DNA of 63,610 nucleotides, filler included, from Welwitschia mirabilis (GCA_051453625.1; 6 parts of one record of this genome joined end to end with filler, not necessarily neighbours in it), one strand, 5' to 3'. Shown: positions 37,807 through 51,960, counted from the whole stretch's first letter. Notes: a model not told the origin generated them from the letters alone. Made by a program: numbers and translations.

Positions 37807-40800
37807 TATTACGATGTGTATTTATGCAATGTTTTTGTCTAGAGTAGAATCCTATTAATCTCAAATAATAATGCATAAACACAACACACTAATATAGACG
37901 GGAGTTGACCGAATGTCATAATCCATCAAAGGCCAAAGGAGGAAATAAAAGAGTTGCTTTTAAAAGATAAACATAGGTAACCAAATCTACATAAATAACT
38001 TGCAATGCATGAAAATGAAATGAAACACACTTGTGTAAAGATAATCTAGGAAAAGGAAACAACAATGCACTTAACCTAAACTAACTGAGCACAACCTTGA
38101 CAAAGGTTACCCTCATAACCTATATCATAAAAGAAACTATCACTAGATCTCAAGCAACATTAAGTTATAAGGGAGAGGAACATTCACACATTGAAGCATA
38201 AAAAAGAAATGTTTTGTATTAAGAATGATACTTCATCCATATTAAAAAGTAGTCACACCTCAATGGATGAAATGCCGAACAACATCAAGGAAACATCTTT
38301 TTACAACTATAGGATGGTTCTCTGGCCCTTTTCTCTCCTATCATGAAAATTTCAAGTGTAAACAATGACAAGGAGGAGTCAAAAGGGAGATCTCTATTTA
38401 TTGACTAAAGATACAAAATAGTATAGAGAAAAACATGTGAGTAAATTGTAACAGTCACGTAGAGTAAAATAGAAATACAAGTGGTAAAAGTTTGATGAAT
38501 CTTCATTACAAGTATTACAACAATGTCATCTAGCTAGTCATCCAGATAATAAAGAAGACAATGCCACCTCATAATCAACTCACATCAGCTGTCAGTCAGC
38601 CTTTAGTCGGCATCTAGATGGCAAGGTCGTCCATACTATCATCTAGATGATGAGGTAGATGATGGCCTTTAATAATTCTTCAGTTATTACATTAGCCTTG
38701 ATGTTTGTAGGAATTTATCCTTAGAAATATAAAGTATTCATATTTGTTCAAAATGCTTGTGAATTATCATGGAGATTGCATATTTTTATTTTTTTTTATC
38801 TTAGTTCTTCATTATCTTAGAATCCAAGCATTTACCTATCTATTTACCTACAAAACAACTCAGAATACTATATTAAATATGCATCAGTTGACAGCACAAC
38901 ATAGCCCCCCATTTAGCCTTGTCAGTCTGTGACAAAACCAGGTGATAAACCATGTTTGCGAGCCAACTTATTAAACAATAAAACAACTAAGATAACTAAA
39001 TAAATTATCTCAAAAAGATTTGCAAAATATTTCAGAGATAGAAAACTGAATTTCTAATAAATCAGAAACAATGAATAAAACACCTGTGTAAGCTCAGCAG
39101 TCAGTCATCTGGGTCATTATCCGGATGATGGAGGGGATAATAGATTCAAAAAAAAGCTTTAAAATTTAGAACTTGCAACAAAATTTTATTTTTACAGATA
39201 ATCAATTAAACATGATAAATAACCCCTACTAAAATAAACAATCAAGAATGAAAGATTTACCCAAGTATAATTAAATCCTAATCATAAAAGTTAAAAGATA
39301 ATCATGTAAAAATTAGAAAGAAATGAGTACCTCATGCTAAAAAAATAATATGTCTATATAATAGTAGAAGAGAGTTTTTAGTATAAAAAGTGTAGAAGGG
39401 GAGATATGAAATATAATGTAAAATCACTCCCTTCGTTTATGCATGATGAACTATGGTTTAGCAGCTAGCTCAAAAGTATGAGGAGAAGAGGGAGGATGCT
39501 CAAGATCACAGGGAAACAGACATCTAGTAATGTAATAATGGACCCGACTATCTCATCACCCGAGACACAAACTAACTCTATGATATCTACAGTTACACTC
39601 TACTAAATAGAAATAATGCACTGATGCATGTCCACCATATGATCCTCTGTGTACTATACTCTCCTTTCAATAGATAAGATCGACTTCTCAGCTGCCTACT
39701 CAAAGGTCTAGATCCTCTGATCAAGTGCCTAAATACTTGTGTCAATGAAACCTTTAATGGTCTCGGTGGTCTCAGCCATGAGAGTCTAAATTTACACTAG
39801 GGAAGATCCAACCACAAGTCTCTGTACCTAAGATCTCTCTGCCTCTCTTAGTATCTATATACCCATGTCTTGTAGATAGTGAACAGAAGTCCAAATATAT
39901 GAGATACATTGCTCATCCATGGGCTTTGGTATCCTAAATCATCTAAAAAGAGATAAGAGGAGGCATGGATAATCAAGTATCTGTGAATGTCATCCCTCTA
40001 TTATGGACCTGAGTCTTCTCCAGATAAAAGTGAGTAAGTCCATCTACTCCCCCTGACAAAAAACTGCTACAATCTGTAAATGTGCCACCATAGCGTGACT
40101 GTCATGAAATGATGTATTGATGTTATGAATCAATCCTCTATGCAAAACTCTATAGGTGGGGGTCAGCTAGGTAACATTTACCCCCCGTCGATCTATAGTC
40201 AGGTCAGCTGATATGTTTAGTATGACATCATAGGCTCAATGCTTTTCTGTCCCATTAGTTGAATGGATATGCACACTCCTAAGCCCTCCATGATCTGTCA
40301 TAAGTGTAATGTGGGATGGAAGAATAAATATCTTGTGGTCTCGTATGAAGACAACAATCATATCCTAAAGTTGACCATGAGCATCAGGTTACCTCTATAT
40401 GCATGGTGTCATAAAACTCTCTCATCTCTGATGCATAATACAAATCATGCACATCTGTGATCCATCTAAGCTATAAATCTATCAATCTCTAATCTACCTC
40501 TGGCTCTATACAGTGCATAAAATCTTCAAAATATCTCTCGACATGAATACTATCTATTTGAANNNNNNNNNNNNNNNNNNNNNNNNNNNNNNNNNNNNNN
40601 NNNNNNNNNNNNNNNNNNNNNNNNNNNNNNNNNNNNNNNNNNNNNNNNNNNNNNNNNNNNNNGGTAGATATAAAATATAATGCAAAATCACTCCCCTTAT
40701 CTAAGGATGATGAACTCTAGTGACCTCAGAAGTAGAGGGAGAAGAAGGAGGATGCTCAGGATTCATAGGGAGATGGATATTAAGAGATGTAATAATAGAT

Positions 40801-40950
40801 CTAACTGTCTCATCACCCTCTGTGTGTTACACTTTACTGGATAGAGACAGTGCACTATTGCATGTCCACCATTTGATCCTTTGTGTGTTATACTCTCTTC
40901 TCGATAGACAAGACCGTCTACTCAATTCTTTACTCAAATATCTGTCTCCT
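37807..40950 (-). mobile_element. Athila element E, 3' part: env-like ORF (~39440-40562, second partial copy 40663-40950), PPT, 3' LTR 37807-38901
   Basis: Reverse homolog of element A. The PPT is + strand gccccccattt (~38904-38914). The LTR starts TGTTGTGCTGTC at 38901 and has a decayed end ..ATAAATACACATCGTAATA at 37807. Confidence 0.8.
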
Positions 40951-41050
40951 NNNNNNNNNNNNNNNNNNNNNNNNNNNNNNNNNNNNNNNNNNNNTTAATT
41001 AATTAANNNNNNNNNNNNNNNNNNNNNNNNNNNNNNNNNNNNNNNNNNNN

Positions 41051-43918
41051 AACCTAAAACCATACCACTTTGTATAAGAAAAAGAATCTTTTCCTAACTT
41101 AAGTAGAGGCCACTAAAAATGCATCAATCTAAGACTTTTTCTAAATGATCTAAGATTTGTTCAAAATTTACATCATAAAGAGAGAAGTCATCCATAAAAA
41201 TATCAATGGAATCCTCAAGCTTATCAAAAAAACATCCATCATAACATGCTAAAAAGTACCAGGAGCATTACGAAGTCTGAAAGGCATGTGTGTAAAAGCA
41301 AAAGTTCTGAAAGAAGAATTGAAAGNNNNNNNNNNNNNNNNNNNNNNNNNNNNNNNNNNNNNNNNNNNNNNNNNNNNNNNNNNNNNNNNNNNNNNNNNNN
41401 NNNNNNNNNNNNNNNNNNNNNNNNNNNNNNNNNNNNNNNNNNNNNNNNNNNNNNNNNNNNNNNNNNNNNNNNNNNNNNNNNNNNNNNNNNNNNNNNNNNN
41501 NNNNNNNNNNNNNNNNNNNNNNNNNNNNNNNNNNNNNNNNNNNNNNNNNNNNNNNNNNNNNNNNNNNNNNNNNNNNNNNNNNNNNNNNNNNNNNNNNNNN
41601 NNNNNNNNNNNNNNNNNNNNNNNNNNNNNNNNNNNNNNNNNNNNNNNNNNNNNNNNNNNNNNNNNNNNNNNNNNNNNNNNNNNNNNNNNNNNNNNNNNNN
41701 NNNNNNNNNNNNNNNNNNNNNNNNNNNNNNNNNNNNNNNNNNNNNNNNNNNNNNNNNNNNNNNNNNNNNNNNNNNNNNNNNNNNNNNNNNNNNNNNNNNN
41801 NNNNNNNNNNNNNNNNNNNNNNNNNNNNNNNNNNNNNNNNNNNNNNNNNNNNNNNNNNNNNNNNNNNNNNNNNNNNNNNNNNNNNNNNNNNNNNNNNNNN
41901 NNNNNNNNNNNNNNNNNNNNNNNNNNNNNNNNNNNNNNNNNNNNNNNNNNNNNNNNNNNNNNNNNNNNNNNNNNNNNNNNNNNNNNNNNNNNNCGAACCT
42001 GGGGGCATGGGACGAATAAGGAGCCACGCCACAGGGGTAGCGATCCCCCTGTACTGTACTGGCCGATGCAGTCTATGCACATACACTATATCCCATCCTT
42101 TTTAGGAACTACCATCAAGGGGCTAACCCACTTATTATCAGTAATGAAGCAAATAATTCTAGCATCCATAAGTCTTTCATAATTTATTTAAGGGCTAGAT
42201 TGAGTCTACATTAGGGTTATCTCATAGGTTTAGCATTTTCTTTGAGGTACATTTTATGTTACACAATGGAAGTGGGTATGGTTGTCAAATCAGTATCAGA
42301 ATAAGAAAATGCATTTACCTTAGATTATAAAAGAGAGATGATACTCGATTTTTATTAAGGAAAAAGATTTTTATTAATAATTAATGTTTTACTTAGGTCC
42401 CTATTCAAAAAAATGTATTTCAGTCCACTATCTAAATGTTTTAGATTTAGATTTAAGTTTAGACTCTTGGTTTCTAGAAAATTCCTAGAAAAATCTAACT
42501 ATTATCTCAGACTATTATCTAGACTTAATAGTGGATGATAACCCTCAAAATAAGAAATCTTAGGGTTGCTAATTTCTCAGTCTTCTACATAGTTTATAGA
42601 CTTAGGCTCATTAATCAGAAAAATCAGTTGTTAGATGGTTAAACTCAAGTTAATCATTAAGAACATATAGGTAATCTACTTCTAATTTATCATTAAACAA
42701 GATTAGTTCATGAAGCATGGATCATCTTTCCTTAAGTGAATAGTGCTATAAAAATAGAGTTGGCTTAATTTCTTTCCCTAAACTTAAATTATTGCCTAAA
42801 TCTTTTTTAGCTACATCAAACACTCATATTAAAAATTGTTTATTCCCAAAGTGGCACTTCATTAATCTAATTCTTATATCTATGATATAATGGATTGTTG
42901 CACAAAAAGCTCTACCTAGAAGTAAAGGATACCCACCCTAGTGCTCAACTTTTAAAATAACTACATCAATGGAGTAGAAATCTTCCTCTATCTGAATGAT
43001 CAAGTCCTTGATTACACCTAATGGTTTCTTCATAGAAGTATTGACTAACTTCAAGATAATGCATGTAGGTTCTATTCTTTTTTCCAAACCAATTGATTGA
43101 CAAATGTATAAGGGAATAATATTGACACTATCTTCAATATTTATCAAGTCTCTCTTTATTCTATGGTTTCCCTCTAAAGTAACACTCATAGTTATTATTC
43201 CCATATCTTTAAACTTTGGTAATTTTTACCAAAACAAATTGCTATTATATTGAGATAGTAAGAATTTACTAGGGATGTCTCATTTTTATTTTCTTCTTAT
43301 TAAGACTTTTCATAGCTTAGAATACCTTGGGTTTCTTGCAAAAGTTTCTAAAATAGCAAGTTAATACTTACATTTTGCATTAAGGCTTTAAGATGATCAT
43401 TGAAAAGGGGTTTATGTTAAGCCTATTAAGCTATGGGGTAGTAGGTTTCTTTTGTAAAGAATTTTTCTTTTTATTACTTAATAAAGAAGGGAAAGAATGG
43501 TTTTCTAAGATTTATATGTTCTCTTTCCCATAATTCTTGTTATTTTATGATGTTGAAGTCTCATAGGTAGGGGGACTTGTATTATTTCCACTTCTTATTA
43601 CCACTTTACAATATTTTATAACTTTATTTAGATTCAGTAAAGGTTGAGTAGTAAGAGATCCTTATAGTCTTTGGTTAGCATTCATAGTTTATTATAAAAT
43701 ACTTACTAGGTTTTTTATATTGGTCTTTATCTTTTCTTATATTTTTCTCAACCCTTTAATGAAATTCCTAAGAGGATCACTATGGTTTTGGGAGTTGAAT
43801 AGGCTTACTAAGTTGTTTGAGTTATTGGATTGAAAGTTTAAATTCTTAAATCTATTTCTAAAAGGTTGGAAGTTAGAAGGATGTATTTAAAAGTTTTTAG
43901 AGTTTGGTTGTTCACAAA
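41051..43918 (-). mobile_element. Athila element F: gag end, protease, RT (gapped)
   Basis: AP ORF 42938-43204 (DLINIEDSVNIIP). RT HKMYLKENAKP (~42230-42262) and IDIFMDDFSL (~41180-41207). Colinear paralog of 44019-46360. Confidence 0.85.
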
Positions 43919-44018
43919 NNNNNNNNNNNNNNNNNNNNNNNNNNNNNNNNNNNNNNNNNNNNNNNNNNNNNNNNNNNNNNNNNNNNNNNNNNNNNNNNNN
44001 NNNNNNNNNNNNNNNNNN

Positions 44019-47000
44019 AGAAGCATCCATTCTAATCCCCTCCTGATAAATATGGTGACCTAAAATAGTGCCATTTTCTATAAGAAAAAGACTCTTTTTC
44101 TAACTCAAGTGGAGGACAATAGAAATGTATTAATCTAAGACTTTTTTTAAATGGTCTAAGATTTGTTCAAAAGTTTCAACATAAATAGAGAAGTCATCCA
44201 TGAAAATCTCAATGGAATCCTTAAGCATATCAGAAAAAATATCCATCATAGCATGCTAAAAAGTATCAAAAACATTACAAAGTACAAAAGCATGCATCTA
44301 AAAGTGAAAGTACAAAAAGGATAATTTAAATTAGTTTTGGATTCATTCTTAGTGGTGATGCAAACCTGATCATAACCGCTAGAACCATCAAGAAGACAGT
44401 AAAAAGCATGACCCGAAATCCTATCAAGAGTATGATCAGTAAAAGGTAAAGGATAGTGGTCTTTTTCAGTTACCTCATTTACTTTTTAGAAGTCTATGCA
44501 CATATACCATTTTCCACCCATTTTTAGGTATTATTTTCAAGGGGCTAATCCACTCATTATTAGTAATAAAGTAAATAATTTCAACATTTATAATTTTTAT
44601 GATTTCATCTTTTATGATTTGCTTAAGGGTTGGATTAAGTCTATGTTAAGATCACCTTACAGGTTTAGCATTTTCTTTGAGGTAGATTTTATGATGCACA
44701 ATGGAAGAGCATATAGCTATTAAATCATTATTAAACTAAATAAACATATTAATCTTTGATTTTAAAAGAGAGATGAGACTAGAGTCTTATTGAGAAAAAA
44801 GGTTTTTGTTGATAATCAATGGTTTGTTTAGGTCTCTATTCAAAAAAAATGTATTTTAATCCACTATATAAGGGTTTTCGATTTAGGTTTAGATTCAAAC
44901 TTTTGGTTGTAAGAAAATTCTGAGAAAATTTGGCTATCATCACAGACTGTCGTTTGGACATCAGTAGTGGATGATCGCTCTCAAAACAAAAAATCTTAGC
45001 ATTGCTAATTTTTTGGACTTTTGCATAGTTTATAAACTTAGGCTCACTACTCCTCAAATCAAAAAAAATCAATTGAAAGATGGTCAAACTTAAGTTTATT
45101 GTTAAGCATATAAAGGTAATCTACTTCCTATTTATCATCAAACAAGATTGGCTTGTGAAGCATGGACTATTTTTTGTCAAGTGGATGGTGCTATAAAAAT
45201 AGAGTTGGCTTTATTTCTTACTCCAAACTCAAATCATTGCCTAAATATTTTTTGGTCATATTAAACACTATTATTGAAAATTTTTTATTCCCAAAATGGA
45301 ACTTCATTAATCCAGTTCTTATATCTATGATACAGTGGGCTATTACATAGAAAGCTCTACTTAGAAGTAAAGGATATCCACCATGGTGCTCAACTTATAA
45401 AACAACTATATTAATGGGGTAGAAAGCTTCCTCTATCTAAATAACCTAGTTATTTATCATACCTAATGACATTTTCATAGATGTGTTAGCTAACTCCAAG
45501 AAAATACATGTAGGTTCTACTTATTCTTTCAAACCAAGACATTGATAAATGTGCAAGGGAATAATGTTGATACTAGCTCCAATATCTATCAAGGCTTTCT
45601 TTATTCTATGATTTTCCTCTAAAGTAACTCTCATAGCTGCCACCCCTGAATCTTTAAACTTTAGACCTTTTTGGCACACCCAGTTGCTAACGGATTAAAG
45701 TAGGAAGACTTTACTAAGGATGGTTCATTTTTATTTTCTTCTTATTAAGTCTTTCTATAGCTTAGAATACCTTGGGTTTTCTTGAAAAAGCTTTTAAAAT
45801 GATAAGTTAATGCTCACATTTTGCATTAAGGCTTTTAAATATCATTAAAAATGGAGTTTTTGTTAAGCCTATCAAGCCATGGGGTAGTAGGTTTCTTTTG
45901 TAAAGGATCTTTTTTTTAATTTCTTAATGAAGAAGGAAAGGAATGATTTTATAGGATTTCTATATCCTCTTCCTCATTATTCTTGTTCTTTTGTGATGTT
46001 AAATCCTCATGGATAGGAGGAATTGTGTCATTTCTATTTCTTGTCACTACCTTATAATCTTTTCTTACTTTATTAGGATTTGGTAAAGCTTGAGTGACAA
46101 GAGCCCTTGTGACCTTTGGTTGACAAGCATGATTTGTTGTAAAATGCTTATAATGTTTTCTATGTTGATGTTTATTTTTTTTTGAGTTTTTCTCAACTTC
46201 TAAATAGAATTCCTAAAAGGATCACTATGGTTTTGGAAGTTGTATAGGCTTACTAAGTTGTTTGAATTGTTGAATTAGAAATTTGAGTTCTCAAATCTAT
46301 TTCTGAAAATTAGAAGTTAAGATGGTGTGTTTGAAAATTTTTAGAGTTTGGTTGTTCACTCATTCTATATTAAAAGTTGTTATGATTTTGGACTTATCTT
46401 TGATTATGGTTTTGATTGTAGTTTAAAGGTCTTTGATTAAAGGTATAAACTTCCTCATAGATTTTCTCTTTATAGATAGGAAAAAAGGGATAATCTTTTG
46501 TGACATGGTAGCTATATTCACACAAATCATAGGTTGGCACTACAAATTCACTCTTCGCGATTACCACTTTAGCATCAAGGATCATTTGGATATATTTCTC
46601 TAAGGTAGATATGAATTCCTTAATGATACTAGTTGGCTTATTTTTTATTTTTATTTTATTCCTTTTATGTTTTACTTCTTTTAGATCTTTAATGATTTGG
46701 CCTATGGTTTAGTTTCTCTAGGTGAGTGTTTAAGTCAGGTTTAACTTACTTCCATCAAATGTTTCAATACTTTTTAGGCATCATCTAGAGTTTGGTTCAA
46801 CAAGTTACCTCCATAAGAAAAATCTATAAGTTTTTTTATATAACTCTTTAACCCACTATAAAAATAATCAACTAGTTATACCTATGAAAAGGCATCTACA
46901 GGGTTCAAACGTAATGAAACAAAGAACCTCTCATACGTAGAGGCATAATATTCTTTAGGCATTTATTAAAAGTTGGTGACTTCTTTCTTGTGCTTTTAGA

Positions 47001-47771
47001 TAGTGGTTTCACTCATGAATCTCTTAATGAAGGCTTCTTGAACCTGACTCTAAGATTTGAGACTTTTGTGGGTAATCATTCTAAACCAAAGTTTTGCTTT
47101 GTCTCTTAAAGTGATGGGAAAGATACTCATTTAGGTTCTATCACTTATACATTTTTTATCATTTCTTAAAGTAAAGATAAGTTTTTCTATATCAATAATG
47201 TTTTGTAAAGGATCTTCATCAGATTCTCCACTACAAGTAGGATAAGCATTTAAGTTATAGAGTTCTACATCATTATCAAGAGGTAAGTTAAATGAAGTTT
47301 GACTTTTGTGTCTCTTGTTCACTATAAGATCTCTAAGAGTGATATGGGTATTGGTTTAAGAAGGAGTGGTAATAGAGTTTCCAATAATAAGGAGTGGATT
47401 TGGAGAGATAGGTTGTTTAAGGTTTTAAGCTGAGGTAGACATGATAGAAAAATCAAACTATGCAGAAATAAAAGTGGAAATTGTAAGAATTTGAAAATCT
47501 TACATACCTTTACTATTTTTACCTATTTTAATTTCTAAATTTATCAAATCTTCTCTAATATTTTTAACAATTAGAAGTTACTCTTTTTAGTATTTTTCTT
47601 TCTTACTAGATTTAACCATTCATGCTTAGTCTTAGATCTAGAAAGTACTATCCTGTGGTCATCCAGATGATATCCTGAATGACAGAAACATAAAAACCAC
47701 AAGAAAAGAAAAAGTAAAAAACAAAAATGAAAGATTGACTCTGACAAAAAACTCAGAAATAGACTATCATC
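44019..47771 (-). mobile_element. Athila element G: 5' UTR, gag, protease, RT
   Basis: gag from ~47442 (LNAYPTCSGESDEDPLQ; Zn-like CEYSYHVTKDYP). AP KALIDIGASINIIP (~45560-45600). RT KDHYPLPF, YCLLDGSSGYDQV, IEIFMDDFSIY (~44190-44215), LGHHIYQEGI. Confidence 0.9.
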
Positions 47772-48243
47772 TATTGGATTATATTTTGCTAATTGATGTC
47801 AAACTAATATCTCTTATATAGCAAATGTTATATGCTTTTGTATAGAAGAGTTTGAGTTTTTGCAGGTTGAAAGATGAAATTGAAATATACATCAAAAATC
47901 TATTTAGTTAATTTACTCTCTAGAGGGGTCAACTAGATCCTAAAGGGGTTGATCACACCTAAAGTTGTCAAAGGAAAATCAACTAAATCTAGAGGGGTTA
48001 NNNNNNNNNNACTTAGAGAATCAGTTTCTCTAAACCAAATGCCAAGGGATAGATCGAATTTTCATGGGGCCGACCAGATTTAAGGACTTGACAGACAACA
48101 TTTCCAAATCAACAGAAAAGGGGTTGACTAGACCTAGGATGGAGTCGACCACACTAGGGTCAACCAGACCTAAATTGGGTCAACTGGACATGGAGATGTA
48201 AGAATCTAGGGCAACTGAATTTCTCTCTCAGGTAACCTGTGTA
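47772..48243 (+). mobile_element. SIRE (Sirevirus)-like LTR 5' part
   Basis: Begins with a decayed TGTTGG (tattgg) that interrupts the Athila UTR palindrome. Contains a cluster of GGTCGACC-type palindromes (ggggtcaact, ggggttgatc, ggccgacc, gagtcgacc, agggtcaacc), like those at 63316-63553. Confidence 0.55.
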
Positions 48244-48343
48244 NNNNNNNNNNNNNNNNNNNNNNNNNNNNNNNNNNNNNNNNNNNNTTAATTAATTAAN
48301 NNNNNNNNNNNNNNNNNNNNNNNNNNNNNNNNNNNNNNNNNNN

Positions 48344-50983
48344 TTTCTAAAATAGTTCTATTATATCTTTCAGCCACTTTATTATTGTGAGGTGTATGTG
48401 GAGGTGTCTTTGTGTGGACAATTCCATTTTCTTTGCAAAACATCTCAAAGTCACGAGAGGTGTATTCACCTTCATTATCTATCACCAGGTGTTTAATTTT
48501 ATAGCTTGATTCATTTTCCACTTTGGCTTTAAATTGTTTGAAGATATCAAAGACTCCATCTTTCAAGGGAATCGGAAATAACCAAGTTTTTCGATTGAAG
48601 TCATCAATAAAAGTAACAAAATACAACGCTCCACCAGAAGACATCACTATCATAGGCCCAACAACATCAGAATAAACCAAATCTAACTTTTCAATGCTTT
48701 TATTTTCAGAAACAGATTTCTTAAAGTTTACACGTTTTCCTTTTGTAATAGCACAATCCTTAGATAAATCTAAAGAAATAGAGTCAAACTTTGGAAGCAA
48801 GTTTTTAGAACTAAGAACCTTCGTGCTAGTTTTACTGAGATGTAAAAGTCTTTTATGCCAAAGAGATACGTCCTTATTGCCAGCAACAACAACACTGTGC
48901 TTTATCACATCAGCATGCAGAGTGTATAAGGCCTCTTCTTTCTGCCCTTGTGTGAGCACCATGGCACTTTTTGTTACCTACTAGCCATCTGCACCAAAGA
49001 AGACTGAACAACTAGCAACATCTCTTTGACCTGCTAAGATTAAGTTTTTAGTAAGTTGAAGCACATGTCTAACCTCCTAAAGAAACAATTTTCTGCTGTG
49101 ACTTCCTTGCAATACTACAGATCCAATTTCTTTGATCTCATAACGTCGATCATCCCCTAGATACACATACTTCTCTGAAACTTTGTTATACAAAGAAAAC
49201 ATCGAAAAATCTGGGCAGACATTAAAAGAAGCACTGGAATCCAGAATCCAAACATCAGGGTAAGAGTATTGGGAATCGTTTACCTCTTGTACATTTGCAA
49301 TCAAAACAATGTCAACATCTCCTTCTGCATTCAATCCTTGTCCTACTTCCTAGTTCTGTTGGTTAACTCCTTCCTTTTGCTTACATTTGTTTTTCAGGCT
49401 GTGGCAGTCCTTCCATAAATGACCTTTCTTCTTGCAGTGCCAACATTCAATTTCTGTTGATAGATTTTCCTTTGCTTTTGCTTTGCCAACATCATCTTGC
49501 TCTAGTTTGAAAGCGTCCTCTACGAACAGCAAGCACTTCTCCAATAGACTTAGCAGCCCTGGTCTTGTACGCATCCAGAAGCTTTGAAATTACAACATTC
49601 AAACGTGGCATAGTATCTGAGGCAGTCATTAGGATAGTGTGAATAGTCTCCAAAGAATCATGCAAGGAACTGAGAACCACGATTACCCTTAGGTTTTCTT
49701 CAAACGTCATCCTCAGGTCATCCAACTGTGTGAACAGGCTGTTCATCTTGTCCAGGTGCACTTGCAACGACACACCTTCTTTCATCTTCATCTTAAAGAC
49801 ATTGTTAATAGTATAAAATTGATTCATGCTAGTAGGCTGATCATACCTCAGCATCAAAATCTGCCACAGTTTAGCTGTTGTAGAAATCTTGCTATAGGAT
49901 TAAAGAATCCCATTGCCAAGGCACGACCATATCAACGAAAGCGCCCTTTTGTCAAGTTTCTTCCACTCTTCGTTAGGGTACTTCTTTAGCCATTCTGCAT
50001 CTTAGAGTTCAGATGTTNNNNNNNNNNNNNNNNNNNNNNNNNNNNNNNNNNNNNNNNNNNNNNNNNNNNNNNNNNNNNNNNNNNNNNNNNNNNNNNNNNN
50101 NNNNNNNNNNNNNNNNNCTTCGTTAGGGTACTTCTTTAGCCATTCTGCATCAGAAAGCCCAGATGGTGCCTTTGCGTCTTTAGGACAACATCACATTCCT
50201 TTTAACAAAGGATGTCTTCCATCAAAATCTTCCATATGCTCCAATTCTCAACTTTGATTAGTCGATCGTTCATTTGCAAATGCTCCATCATCATTTCATT
50301 ATACGACTGTACGGACGGATGCCAAGTGTGTTATAGGAACACAAAGCTTATCGCCAAAGCGTGTAAGCTGCANNNNNNNNNNNNNNNNNNNNNNNNNNNN
50401 NNNNNNNNNNNNNNNNNNNNNNNNNNNNNNNNNNNNNNNNNNNNNNNNNNNNNNNNNNNNNNNNNNNNNNNNGGAACACAAAGCTTATCGCCAAAGCGTG
50501 TAAGCTGCAAACCTAGAGCTCTAATACCAAGTGTTACAAAAATACACAATAGCGCAACGAATAAGCAATGTAGCAAGAGAACATGAAGACACAAGGATTT
50601 ACGTGGAAAACCCCAATGAGGGGAAAAAGCACGGGAAAGCAGTGCAGAGCTCTATTATCTCCTTAAAGAGTACAAGCCACGAACAGGCTTCAAGCCAATA
50701 ATAGGCTTTAGGCAAAAATGCCTCAAAGAACTTGTCAACTCTCTATCTTATAAAATAACCTTTACACCACCATTAAATAGGCCGAGGGTTACAACGAATT
50801 AGGGCTACAAGCAAAAACCCTAAAGAGGGTATCATCCCTCTCTTAACACATGTCCCATCTCTACTTAATGCCCCCAAGGATGGTTTAAAATGGAAACTTC
50901 CTTTTACATATTACAGTGGGGCCAATGTAAAACATAATATTAGGGACAATACAAAATAATAAATTTGGCTTTACATATTAACA
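48344..50983 (-). mobile_element. Ty1/copia element 5' half: LTR 50532-50983, PBS, gag, protease, integrase
   Basis: LTR TGTTAA..GTAACA (452 bp) and a tRNA-iMet PBS. gag ORF 49492-49857, zinc knuckle CWHCKKKGHLWKDC, protease WILDSSAS, GAG-pre-integrase LWHKRLLH, rve LDLVYSDVVGP..FIDDFNRKTW..DNEGEY..VAERYNRT. PR-INT order is that of Copia. Confidence 0.95.
50518..50529 (-). promoter_or_regulatory. Primer binding site, tRNA-iMet type
   Basis: Minus strand TGGTATTAGAGC (canonical TGGTATCAGAGC), 2 nt after the LTR CA end. Confidence 0.85.
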
Positions 50984-51638
50984 GTTCTCTAAATTACCAT
51001 CTAATTGTATGATTGGCCATGCCAAACAACTTACAAACTCCTAAAACTAATGGGGAATGTGTTAGGGTTCAAAACTAAATCTTGTGTTAGAGTTCTGGTG
51101 TTATGTTCTAAGGTTGTGAAGAAAGATTAGCCCTTGTAGTCCATTTACATGTTGCAATTAATTTATAAGGTGAGACATATGAATTAATGAGGGAGTTAGA
51201 CATGTAAGTAAATGGAGGGTGAGATTTATGGTTTCAAGCTTGGCTTGGGTTAAAGCCTTAATCTCATGTAAAGGCTTTGCATCTTTGCACATTCTCTAGT
51301 GGAAGTTCATTTTCATGATCGATAATAGAGCTCTTTCTTCTCCTGTGAAAGCTTGCCTCTAGATTTGATGGTTTTACCATGTAAGCAAGCGTGTCTTGTG
51401 GATTTTCTTTCCTCTTGGTTTTTCTTCTCCTCTTTTTCCCTTGCTTTTTTGCTTTTTCATGCTTTGTTGTTCTTTTCGTTGTTGTTATGTGTAAACTCTA
51501 TTTTTTGCAACAAAATGAATGGAAAGTTTTTTCAATCAAGAGCTCGATTGAACAATTGCACAATTCTAGAAAATAGGTCATGAAACCTCTGCCTAATTTA
51601 TTGAAGATGCAAACCTCTTTGCATGCTTTTAATTGAAG

Positions 51639-51960
51639 CAATGCTGTTAGACTTGGTAGACTCATGGTGAGTTTTGGCAAGTTTGAACTCTATGACGCTT
51701 AGTGAGTCTAAAACGTGAAACTCACCGAGACAAGTTTTGGGGTTACATACTCATCAGACTTGTCAGGTTTGAAGAGTTTAGTGAGTTTACTACTCTTGGA
51801 CTTGCCTTTCATTTTTCCAAAAAAATTACACTTTTTTAAAAAAGGAGCTTTATGTTTTTTTGAAAATAAAAGAAATTTTAAAAAAAATACACTTCTTGTT
51901 TTAAATGTAAACCCTAAACATGCATAAGAGTGAGATTTATCAAATTCATATCTCACTTTT
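51639..51960. mobile_element. Probable single end of a hAT-type non-autonomous element
   Basis: Starts CAATGCTGTTAGAC, followed by GACTC/GAGTT subterminal-like repeats similar to the hAT at 55764-57723. No partner end or TSD was found. Confidence 0.35.
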
